Source of the DNA: a phage
Sequence record: MZ956763.1
Strand: one strand, 5' to 3'
Length of the DNA stretch: 64,000 bases
In this document: positions 33,181 through 40,145 of the stretch, in pieces
Layout of the letters: the number at the start of each line of letters is the position of its first letter
How positions within the stretch are numbered: the first letter of the stretch is position 1
The notes under the pieces: generated by a model
What the model was told of the DNA's origin: nothing
The model's input: the letters and a program-made list of their open reading frames with translations, nothing else
Database searches by the model: none
Program-made: the position numbers and the translations under genes

Positions 33181-33258
33181 GGGAGATTGACGGTAATTGG
33201 TAAACCTACCATCCTTAGAAGTTGGTGTTTGAGGGTTCGAATCCCTTGTCTCCTACCA
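33181..33258 (+). tRNA. tRNA with TAG anticodon (Leu by anticodon) but short variable arm
   Basis: acceptor GGGAGAT/GTCTCCT + A + CCA, anticodon arm CCATC-CTTAGAA-GTTGG, T-arm GAGGG-TTCGAAT-CCCTT, variable ~5 nt. Confidence 0.55.
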
Positions 33259-33265
33259 AATTAAT

Positions 33266-33341
33266 GCAGGTGTAGCAAAATGGTTATGCGGCTGACTCTT
33301 AATCAGTAAGACGATGGGTTCAATTCCCTCCACCTGTACCA
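33266..33341 (+). tRNA. tRNA-Lys (anticodon CTT)
   Basis: paralog of 31944 tRNA; acceptor GCAGGTG/CACCTGT, anticodon arm GCTGA-CTCTTAA-TCAGT. Confidence 0.65.
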
Positions 33342-33347
33342 GACATT

Positions 33348-33423
33348 GGGGTCATAGTTTATATGGTTAAAATTCGAGTTTTGCAAACTTGGGAACTGAG
33401 TTCAATTCTCAGTGACTCCACCA
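33348..33423 (+). tRNA. tRNA-Ala (anticodon TGC)
   Basis: acceptor GGGGTCA/TGACTCC, anticodon arm CGAGT-TTTGCAA-ACTTG, T-arm CTGAG-TTCAATT-CTCAG. Confidence 0.8.
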
Positions 33424-33429
33424 ATTAGT

Positions 33430-33504
33430 GCATCCATAGTTTAAACGGGAAAATTACAGTCTTCCAAACTGAGGTTGAGGGTTCGATTCCCTCTGGATGC
33501 TCCA
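33430..33504 (+). tRNA. tRNA-Gly (anticodon TCC)
   Basis: acceptor GCATCCA/TGGATGC, anticodon loop CTTCCAA, T-arm GAGGG-TTCGATT-CCCTC. Confidence 0.8.
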
Positions 33505-33511
33505 AATTAAT

Positions 33512-33587
33512 GCTCCTATCGTATAATAGGCTATTACGGTTGCCTTGTAAGCAACTTATCAGGGTTCGAATCCTTGTGGGAGCACCA
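33512..33587 (+). tRNA. tRNA-Thr (anticodon TGT)
   Basis: acceptor GCTCCTA/TGGGAGC, anticodon arm GTTGC-CTTGTAA-GCAAC, T-loop TTCGAAT. Confidence 0.8.
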
Positions 33588-33590
33588 ATT

Positions 33591-33677
33591 CAGAGGTCAA
33601 GTGAAAGACCGCTGGTGTCAACTGAAGACCGTAACAAATTCCACGGAGTTGAGTTAGCGGCACAACTTCAGACCTCT
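33591..33677 (+). ncRNA. structured element E (CAGAGGTC...GACCTCT stem, internal AAGACCG boxes)
   Basis: inverted repeat AGAGGTC/GACCTCT enclosing ~70 nt containing two copies of the GAAGACCG box. Confidence 0.35.
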
Positions 33678-33681
33678 TTCA

Positions 33682-33757
33682 CACTCGCTTAGTTTATATG
33701 GTAAAACACCACCCTTACAAGATGAAGAAAAAGGTTCAAGTCCTTTAGTGAGTACCA
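33682..33757 (+). tRNA. tRNA-like gene, possibly tRNA-Val (TAC) or pseudogene
   Basis: acceptor ACTCGCT/AGTGAGT + A + CCA, D-stem GTTT/AAAC, T-arm AAAGG-TTCAAGT-CCTTT; anticodon-region CCACC-CTTACAA-GATGA does not pair. Confidence 0.4.
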
Positions 33758-33758
33758 T

Positions 33759-33836
33759 GTTCCAGTATCCCAATTGGCAGAGGATGCAAGCTCAAACCTT
33801 GTATTAGTGACGGTTCGAATCCGTCTTGGAACACCA
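33759..33836 (+). tRNA. tRNA with CAA anticodon (Leu by anticodon) but short variable arm
   Basis: acceptor GTTCCAG/TTGGAAC + A + CCA, anticodon arm GCAAG-CTCAAAC-CTTGT, T-arm GACGG-TTCGAAT-CCGTC, variable 6 nt. Confidence 0.6.
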
Positions 33837-33855
33837 ATTTTAAGAGGCTATTTAG

Positions 33856-34413
33856 ATGAGATATTTGAAGTATGCTTCATGGATTTTCCTAGCTTTACTA
33901 GAGCCATTTGCAGCAACCCTATCAGTCATCTTAGCACCTTTCGTAGTTCCATTCTACAGTGAGAAGAAAGGACACCTACCTTTTGGATTCAGATGGATGG
34001 AGACCTATGACAACCCAATTGATGGTGATGAAGGTCACGTTAAAAGATGGGCTAAGATTAGAAAGATTGGTAAGCTGGGTGTCTACATGCAGAGAGTTGG
34101 ATGGCTCTGGAGAAACAAAGCTTATAACTTCTCTTACCATGTATTAGGAAGAGATGTAAAAGATGTTACTAAGTGGAAAGGTAATATCAACGTAAGTTCT
34201 GACCCTGAAGATAATCAGACAGGTTATCTCCTAATGTGGAACAACAATGCTTGGGGATTATTCGCTTTTATTCCGTCAATTAAAATCTTTGGTAAACAGT
34301 TTTACTGGAGAATTTATGTTGGATGGAAACTAAAAAGTGTTGTCCCAGAAGAAAGAGCATTCTCAAGGGAAAGAGTTATGTTGGCATTCTTTATTCATCC
34401 ACTGAGAAAGTAA
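33856..34413 (+). CDS. hypothetical membrane-associated protein encoded inside tRNA cluster
   Basis: ORF 185 aa, hydrophobic N-terminus (WIFLALLEPFAATLSVILAPFVVPF), Trp/Lys-rich. Confidence 0.45.
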   Translation: MRYLKYASWIFLALLEPFAATLSVILAPFVVPFYSEKKGHLPFGFRWMETYDNPIDGDEGHVKRWAKIRKIGKLGVYMQRVGWLWRNKAYNFSYHVLGRDVKDVTKWKGNINVSSDPEDNQTGYLLMWNNNAWGLFAFIPSIKIFGKQFYWRIYVGWKLKSVVPEERAFSRERVMLAFFIHPLRK

Positions 34414-34421
34414 AGATTTAA

Positions 34422-34497
34422 AGGGGATTAGTTTACAAGGTTAAAACCTCGGTCTTTGAAATCGAAGAAGTTGGTTCAATTCCAACATCCCCAGCCA
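34422..34497 (+). tRNA. tRNA-Gln (anticodon TTG)
   Basis: D-stem GTTT/AAAC, anticodon arm TCGGT-CTTTGAA-ATCGA, T-arm GTTGG-TTCAATT-CCAAC, 3' ATCCCCA-G-CCA. Confidence 0.7.
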
Positions 34498-34499
34498 AT

Positions 34500-34579
34500 G
34501 CTCCATTACTCCAATTGGCAGAGAGGCCAGACTTAAAATCTGTGTTATGTATCGGTTCGAATCCGATATGGAGTACCAA
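34500..34579 (+). tRNA. tRNA with TAA anticodon (Leu by anticodon) but short variable arm
   Basis: acceptor GCTCCAT/ATGGAGT + A + CCA, anticodon arm CCAGA-CTTAAAA-TCTGT, T-arm ATCGG-TTCGAAT-CCGAT. Confidence 0.6.
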
Positions 34580-34584
34580 TTTTA

Positions 34585-34660
34585 GCGGTATAGCATAATT
34601 GGCAATGCAACAGTCTCTGAAGCTGTCCTATTAAGGTTCAAATCCTTATACCGCTGCCAC
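34585..34660 (+). tRNA. tRNA-Gln (anticodon CTG)
   Basis: acceptor AGCGGTA/TACCGCT, D-stem GCAT/ATGC, anticodon arm ACAGT-CTCTGAA-GCTGT, T-arm TAAGG-TTCAAAT-CCTTA. Confidence 0.7.
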
Positions 34661-34691
34661 TTCTAAGGGTTCTTACGAGAGTCCTTAAATG

Positions 34692-34767
34692 TGGCCTTAT
34701 CATAAATGGTAATGACCCATGCTGTGAACATGGTCTATACGGGTTCAAATCCCGTAGGTCACCCCAA
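34692..34767 (+). tRNA. tRNA-His (anticodon GTG)
   Basis: acceptor GTGGCCT/AGGTCAC, D-stem TCAT/ATGA, anticodon arm CCATG-CTGTGAA-CATGG, T-arm ACGGG-TTCAAAT-CCCGT. Confidence 0.8.
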
Positions 34768-34772
34768 TTTAT

Positions 34773-34849
34773 AGTCCAAGTAGCTTATATGGTTAAAGCG
34801 CGTGTCTGAAAAACATGAGAAGAGGGTTCAAATCCCACTGGACTACCAA
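34773..34849 (+). tRNA. tRNA-Phe (anticodon GAA)
   Basis: acceptor TAGTCCA/TGGACTA, anticodon arm CGTGT-CTGAAAA-ACATG, T-loop TTCAAAT; 3' CCA not fully encoded. Confidence 0.7.
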
Positions 34850-34864
34850 TTTCAAAGGTGCTTA

Positions 34865-35599
34865 ATGAAAGAGATGACAGAACAAGGTAAGGAGATTTTT
34901 AATCTCTTAAAAACCGGTAAAGGGTTTTCTAACCCACTTATTACTGGTGCAGCAGTTCTCGGTGGAACCGTAGCTGCCTCTACATCACTTGTAAGCTCTA
35001 TTAGCTCTGTAACAGACCCTACAATGAATGAGAAACTTGTTGCTGCTGGACTTACAACAGTCCTTCTAAACAGCTTTACAACAAGCCTGACAAGCACTAC
35101 AGCAACTACTAAGACCCTAACAGACTATGGTCAAAAGTCTATTGATGAGTTTTCATCACGTATGCAGGTAGCAAAGGGATACTCCAATGTTATGGGTGCA
35201 GCAGGAGAACAAGTTGGTTGTACACCGTTCAGTGGTATTATGGGTGTTGCTACAGAATATGGTCAAAAAGCTATTGATACGATTAACAGTACACTAGAGA
35301 GTGTTAACGATGTATTAAGTGACTTACAAGACGCTATTGACAAGGGTCTTGATACTGTTTCTGATTTAGCTAACCAAGCTGTCAGTAAGATTAATGAAGG
35401 TATCTCAAAGATTACAGCTTATGCAGATGAAGTTGTGCAGATGATTGAAGAAGAAGCTGCCCTTATTGCAGAGTACCTTAAAACGAATATCAATGGGTTC
35501 TTAGCAGGTATCTTACCAGACTGGTTTGATGATGCTTGTAAAACTGGTGTGATTGACACTATTGCAACACCAGAAATGAAGAACGCATTACAGAAATAA
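34865..35599 (+). CDS. hypothetical Ser/Thr/Ala-rich protein (between tRNA-Phe and tRNA-Ser)
   Basis: start moved to ATG 34865 (MKEMTEQG..) because ORF-track start lies inside tRNA-Phe; 244 aa. Confidence 0.5.
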   Translation: MKEMTEQGKEIFNLLKTGKGFSNPLITGAAVLGGTVAASTSLVSSISSVTDPTMNEKLVAAGLTTVLLNSFTTSLTSTTATTKTLTDYGQKSIDEFSSRMQVAKGYSNVMGAAGEQVGCTPFSGIMGVATEYGQKAIDTINSTLESVNDVLSDLQDAIDKGLDTVSDLANQAVSKINEGISKITAYADEVVQMIEEEAALIAEYLKTNINGFLAGILPDWFDDACKTGVIDTIATPEMKNALQK

Positions 35600-35600
35600 T

Positions 35601-35693
35601 GGAAGATTAACCCTAAAAGGTAAGGGAGCAGTTTGCTAAACTGCCAGTAGCTGAGAAATCGGTGTACCAGTTCAAGTCTGGTATCTTCCTCCA
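35601..35693 (+). tRNA. tRNA-Ser (anticodon GCT), class II
   Basis: acceptor GGAAGAT/ATCTTCC + T + CCA, anticodon arm GCAGT-TTGCTAA-ACTGC, 21-nt variable arm, T-arm ACCAG-TTCAAGT-CTGGT. Confidence 0.8.
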
Positions 35694-35697
35694 ATTT

Positions 35698-35773
35698 GAA
35701 TCCGTGACAGAAATGGCTATGTGCCTGTCTGCAAAACAGGTTTATAAGGGTTCGAGTCCCTTCGGATTCTCCA
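35698..35773 (+). tRNA. tRNA-Cys (anticodon GCA)
   Basis: acceptor GAATCCG/CGGATTC + T + CCA, anticodon arm CCTGT-CTGCAAA-ACAGG, T-arm AAGGG-TTCGAGT-CCCTT. Confidence 0.8.
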
Positions 35774-35810
35774 AGTTATTTTACTCTCTCTCAATTAAAA
35801 TAATAATAAT

Positions 35811-35870
35811 GCCCTGCTATAAGTATTCTTCCTTTCGCTACCGAAGAGTATTTTTAGACAGGGCTTTTTT
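35811..35870 (+). terminator. intrinsic terminator closing the tRNA cluster
   Basis: long hairpin GCCCTG...CAGGGC followed by TTTTTT. Confidence 0.65.
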
Positions 35871-35995
35871 ACAGAGTTATACTTTATAAGAAGACTTATA
35901 CAGTATGTCTCTGACGTACATTGTGGTTTCTCCTTGACGGTCTCTGTGCCGTCTTTTTTAAGGAGAAACAAAATTAATTATTTGGAGAAAACATA

Positions 35996-36196
35996 ATGAG
36001 CGAGACCGTTTATAAAGAACTTTATGAAGCTAATAAAAAGCTAGAATTTATGCAGAATACTATCATGGCAATTGCAGACAGATTGTCTGTAGCAACAGGT
36101 ATTGATATTAAAGAAGCATCTATGGATGCACTTCTTGATGCTGTTGATGCAAAGTTCGAAGTTAAGAAAGAAGAGACTGCGACAGACTCTGAATAA
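35996..36196 (+). CDS. hypothetical small protein
   Basis: ORF 66 aa upstream of terminase. Confidence 0.4.
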   Translation: MSETVYKELYEANKKLEFMQNTIMAIADRLSVATGIDIKEASMDALLDAVDAKFEVKKEETATDSE

Positions 36197-36217
36197 TTCT
36201 ATTTGCGGAGGCGCTTA

Positions 36218-37819
36218 ATGGACTTAAATGCTGTTAAGCAGAAGCGAGTGGAAGATGTTAGGAAAGTCCTAGCTGGAGAGTTGGGGCTTTCTGATGAAGT
36301 AAAAGAAATTATCAAATCATTCGGTAAAGACCCCTCTAAATTCCTTCCAACTCAAATTCTGACTTTATTAAGATACACACCAGACCAAGTTCGCCTTATC
36401 TTTAAATTGATGACTGATAAGAACTATGTAGCCCCTCAGCCGGGTTCTCAAGAGGTCTTTTTAAACACTAATGCTGACTTGGTTCTCTATGGTGGTGCTG
36501 CTGGTGCTGGTAAGACTGCTGCATTGTTAATGGACTCTTTAAGATTTATTGAAGACCCTAACTATAATGCTGTGTATTTCCGTCGAAATACAACACAGCT
36601 ACAAGGTGGTTTATGGCCTGCTGCAAAGAAACTATTTGGTAAGTTTGGTGGGGTCCCTCACGAGCAGAAAATGACTATCACATTCCCTTCTGGGGCAACT
36701 ATCAAGTTTACCTACCTAGAACTTGAAAAGCACGCTGAAGGTCATCAGGGTATTGAATACTCAGCTATTTACTTTGACGAAGGTACACACTTCTCCGCTT
36801 CACAGATTTCATACCTACAAACACGTCTACGTTCTGGTGCTGAAGGTGATTCATACATGAAAATTTCCATGAACCCAGACAGAGACCACTTTATTTACGA
36901 TTGGGTAGAACCATTCTTAGATGAAGAAGGTTACCCAGACCCTGAAAAGTGTGGTCGTATTCGTTGGTATGTAATGAATGATGGTGTGATGGTTTCTGAT
37001 TGGGAGAGAGACAAGATTCTTGAAATGTTCCCTCTTGAGATTCCTCAAACATATACATTCATCTCTGGTACGATTGATGATAACCCAATTCTTGACTTCT
37101 TAGAACCAAAGTATCGCGGTAAGTTGGAAAACAACACTCCTGTAAACGTTGCAAGACTTCGTTTCGGTAACTGGAAGGCTCGTGCAGAAGGTTCAAACTA
37201 TTGGCAAAGACAATGGTGTGAAATTGTTGATTCACTCCCAGAAGATGTATTCGATGTCAGAGCATGGGACTTAGCAGCAACTTTACCATCTGAGGTTAAC
37301 CCTAATCCAGACTGGACAGCGGGTGTTAAGATGGGTAAATCTAAAAAAGACGGTTGCTATTATATCATTGATGTAGTAAGATTTAGAGATAGACCCTCTG
37401 GAGTCGAAACACAAATTAATTTGACTGCTGAAAGTGACGGTAAGCGAACTGGTATTTTTATCCCTCAAGACCCAGGCGCTGCTGGTAAATCCTACGCAAC
37501 ATCCCTCATCAGGAAACTTGCCGAGAAAGGCTATCGTGCAAGAGCTAAACCAACAAATAAAGATAAAGTTACCCGATTTGCGGGGTTTTCTGCTGCTTCT
37601 GAAGCTGGACTTGTAAAAGTTTTGAGAGGTAGTTGGAACGAAGCTTATTTCCAAGAGCTTGAAGGCTTTTGTGGTGATGGCAAAACTAAAGATGACCAAG
37701 TGGATGCTACCAGTGATGCTTTCAACAGTCTTAACGAAGTTAAATTATTCAAGCCACCATCAATGGGTGCTCACACAGACTTAGTGAGAGGAAACCCATA
37801 TGAGGGGCTTAGACGTTGA
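36218..37819 (+). CDS. terminase large subunit
   Basis: Walker A LYGGAAGAGKTAAL; size ~530 aa; followed by portal-sized gene. Confidence 0.8.
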   Translation: MDLNAVKQKRVEDVRKVLAGELGLSDEVKEIIKSFGKDPSKFLPTQILTLLRYTPDQVRLIFKLMTDKNYVAPQPGSQEVFLNTNADLVLYGGAAGAGKTAALLMDSLRFIEDPNYNAVYFRRNTTQLQGGLWPAAKKLFGKFGGVPHEQKMTITFPSGATIKFTYLELEKHAEGHQGIEYSAIYFDEGTHFSASQISYLQTRLRSGAEGDSYMKISMNPDRDHFIYDWVEPFLDEEGYPDPEKCGRIRWYVMNDGVMVSDWERDKILEMFPLEIPQTYTFISGTIDDNPILDFLEPKYRGKLENNTPVNVARLRFGNWKARAEGSNYWQRQWCEIVDSLPEDVFDVRAWDLAATLPSEVNPNPDWTAGVKMGKSKKDGCYYIIDVVRFRDRPSGVETQINLTAESDGKRTGIFIPQDPGAAGKSYATSLIRKLAEKGYRARAKPTNKDKVTRFAGFSAASEAGLVKVLRGSWNEAYFQELEGFCGDGKTKDDQVDATSDAFNSLNEVKLFKPPSMGAHTDLVRGNPYEGLRR

Positions 37820-37835
37820 TAGCTAGGTGAGAAGA

Positions 37836-39302
37836 ATGGCAGATATTACAGAAACACAAGAAAGCTTACCACCATTTAGAATGGGTGAAGTAGGTTCTTT
37901 GGGTCTGAAGGTTAAGAATGGAAGAATCTATGAAGAACCTCGTCAGGCACTAAGGTTCCCTGAAAGTATTAAAACTTTCCAATTAATGATGCGTGACCCT
38001 GCTGTAGCAGCATCTGTAAATATTATTAAGATGTTTGTCAGAAAAGTCAACTGGAGATTCGTACCTCCAAAGGGAAAAGAGCAAGACCCTAAAATGCTTG
38101 AAAGAGCAGACTTCTTTAATTCTTTAATGGATGACATGGAGCATGATTGGGCAGATTTTATTAACTCTGTAATGTCATTCTGCACTTATGGGTTCTGTGT
38201 TAACGAGAAAGTTTATAAGAAGCGTCAGGGTAAAAAAGGAAAGTACCAGTCAAAATTTGATGATGGTCTAATTGGATGGGCTAAATTACCAATCAGAAAC
38301 CAATCAACACTTGATAAGTGGTATTTTGACGAAGACTTTAGAAAAGTTACTGGTGTTAGACAGAATCTGAGAAATGTTTCACATATTGCTGGAGCAATTA
38401 ATCTTGGAGAAAGACCACTAACAAGAAAACTTCCACGAGCTAAATTCATGCTGTTTAAGTATGATGATGAGTATGGAAACCCAGAAGGTCGTTCACCATT
38501 ACTTAATGCCTATGTACCGTGGAAGTATAAAGTTCAGATTGAAGAGTACGAAGCTGTTGGTGTTTCAAGAGACTTGGTAGGCATGCCAAAAATTGGTTTA
38601 CCACCAGATTATCTGGATGAAAATGCAGAACCTGAAAAGAAAGCTTTCGTACAATACTGCAAAACTGTTGTTAACGATATGATTGCTAATGATAGAGCAG
38701 GTTTAATCTGGCCTAGATATATCGACCCAGATACTAAAGAGGATATTTTCGAGTTCTCATTAGTTTCTAGACAGGGTGCTAAAGCATATGATACAGGTTC
38801 TATCATTGACAGATATTCCAAGCAAATTATGATGGCATTTATGTCAGATGTTCTTGCTATGGGTCAGTCAAAATATGGTTCGTTCTCTCTTGCAGATTCT
38901 AAGACAAGCCTATTAGCAATGTCAGTAGATATTCTGCTGAAGCAAATTAAGAACGTAATTAACCGTGATTTAGTTGCACAGACTTACGCTCTTAATATGT
39001 GGGATGATGAAGAACATGTACAAATCACATATGATGATATCGAAACTCCAGACCTTGAAGCAATTGGTTCTTATATTCAGAAGACTGTTGCAGTAGGTGC
39101 TTTGGAAGTTGACAAAGAGCTATCTAACAAACTTAGAGAGCATATTGGTCTTCCTCCTGCTGATGAGTCTCAGCCAGTATCTGAAAAGCTTTCTCCAAAT
39201 AGCCAAAGCCGTTCAGGAGATGGTTATAAGACCGCTGGGGAAGGTACTGCAAAGACACCTTCAGCGAAAGACCCAAGCACAGCAAATAAGGCAAATAAAT
39301 AA
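37836..39302 (+). CDS. portal protein (by position and size)
   Basis: ~490 aa immediately downstream of terminase; acidic/Pro-rich C-terminus. Confidence 0.55.
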   Translation: MADITETQESLPPFRMGEVGSLGLKVKNGRIYEEPRQALRFPESIKTFQLMMRDPAVAASVNIIKMFVRKVNWRFVPPKGKEQDPKMLERADFFNSLMDDMEHDWADFINSVMSFCTYGFCVNEKVYKKRQGKKGKYQSKFDDGLIGWAKLPIRNQSTLDKWYFDEDFRKVTGVRQNLRNVSHIAGAINLGERPLTRKLPRAKFMLFKYDDEYGNPEGRSPLLNAYVPWKYKVQIEEYEAVGVSRDLVGMPKIGLPPDYLDENAEPEKKAFVQYCKTVVNDMIANDRAGLIWPRYIDPDTKEDIFEFSLVSRQGAKAYDTGSIIDRYSKQIMMAFMSDVLAMGQSKYGSFSLADSKTSLLAMSVDILLKQIKNVINRDLVAQTYALNMWDDEEHVQITYDDIETPDLEAIGSYIQKTVAVGALEVDKELSNKLREHIGLPPADESQPVSEKLSPNSQSRSGDGYKTAGEGTAKTPSAKDPSTANKANK

Positions 39303-39802
39303 TGGCTGAAGTTATCTCTATTTCAAATGCTACACGAGTGCATTCGTATAGGGGTGTCCTTATCATTACTGACAAGTTATCTGTAGAGGCTGGCTCAAGG
39401 GTCAGCCTTTCAGGTTATGTTAGTGATGGTGGAATCTCTGACGTTTTCACTATTTGCAGGTTACTTGATGCACCAATGAGTGGAAAACCGTTTATTTCAG
39501 GAAATTGTAGTGAAATTGTTAAAATTCCATTTGACAGTTCATGCCTTTTGGGTGTAAAGTTATATAACTGCGAGAATAAACGTATCAATGTTAATAGCAT
39601 TGAAGCCGCTTTCATTACCCTCGATACTGCATTTCAATCTCCAATGACAGTTAATAAAGAAACAAACAGACTTGAATACATTTTTTCACAAAATGATTAC
39701 AAAGTACTTGTCAAAGGCAAAGTATATGATATGATTGTAAATGTGGTAGATGAATCTGGTAACCATTCAACAGTCCTTAAACAAAAAGTAAGGTTTAATT
39801 AA
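39302..39802 (+). CDS. hypothetical protein
   Basis: ORF 166 aa. Confidence 0.45.
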   Translation: MAEVISISNATRVHSYRGVLIITDKLSVEAGSRVSLSGYVSDGGISDVFTICRLLDAPMSGKPFISGNCSEIVKIPFDSSCLLGVKLYNCENKRINVNSIEAAFITLDTAFQSPMTVNKETNRLEYIFSQNDYKVLVKGKVYDMIVNVVDESGNHSTVLKQKVRFN

Positions 39803-40134
39803 TGGGAACATTAACTATTGATGGTAAGAATAAAATCCTCGCCACGCTAACCCCAACGACTATTATTTTACACAATGTAGACCCAACGGCAGACCCTACA
39901 GCAAATAAGGTTACTCAGCCAGTGGCTATTTATTTTTCTGAACCGGATAATGGCTTAATTGCCTCAGAAGACACAGTTAATATTACTGTTCCAGCTTCTG
40001 CAACGGTCTCACACTATAGCTTGTGGGATGCTAACGATAAATGCGTGGCAACTGGTGCTCTTAGCAAACCTCAATTCTTTGCTGAAGAAGGTATCTATGT
40101 TATCTCTTCAGTCTCTGTAGATTTAAACAAATAG
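39802..40134 (+). CDS. hypothetical protein
   Basis: ORF 110 aa. Confidence 0.45.
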   Translation: MGTLTIDGKNKILATLTPTTIILHNVDPTADPTANKVTQPVAIYFSEPDNGLIASEDTVNITVPASATVSHYSLWDANDKCVATGALSKPQFFAEEGIYVISSVSVDLNK

Positions 40135-40145
40135 GGTGAGTAAAA

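Noticed and set aside
30839-33962. Small ORFs (60-83 aa) inside the tRNA array
   Set aside because: Each overlaps tRNA genes or structured elements (for example 30839..31090 spans tRNA-Glu and tRNA-Met); translations are low complexity.
34802-34864. Upstream start of ORF 34802..35599
   Set aside because: The first 21 codons overlap tRNA-Phe; the ATG at 34865 has a plausible RBS.
37283-37699. 138-aa minus-strand ORF
   Set aside because: Antisense to the terminase large subunit gene; no independent signals.
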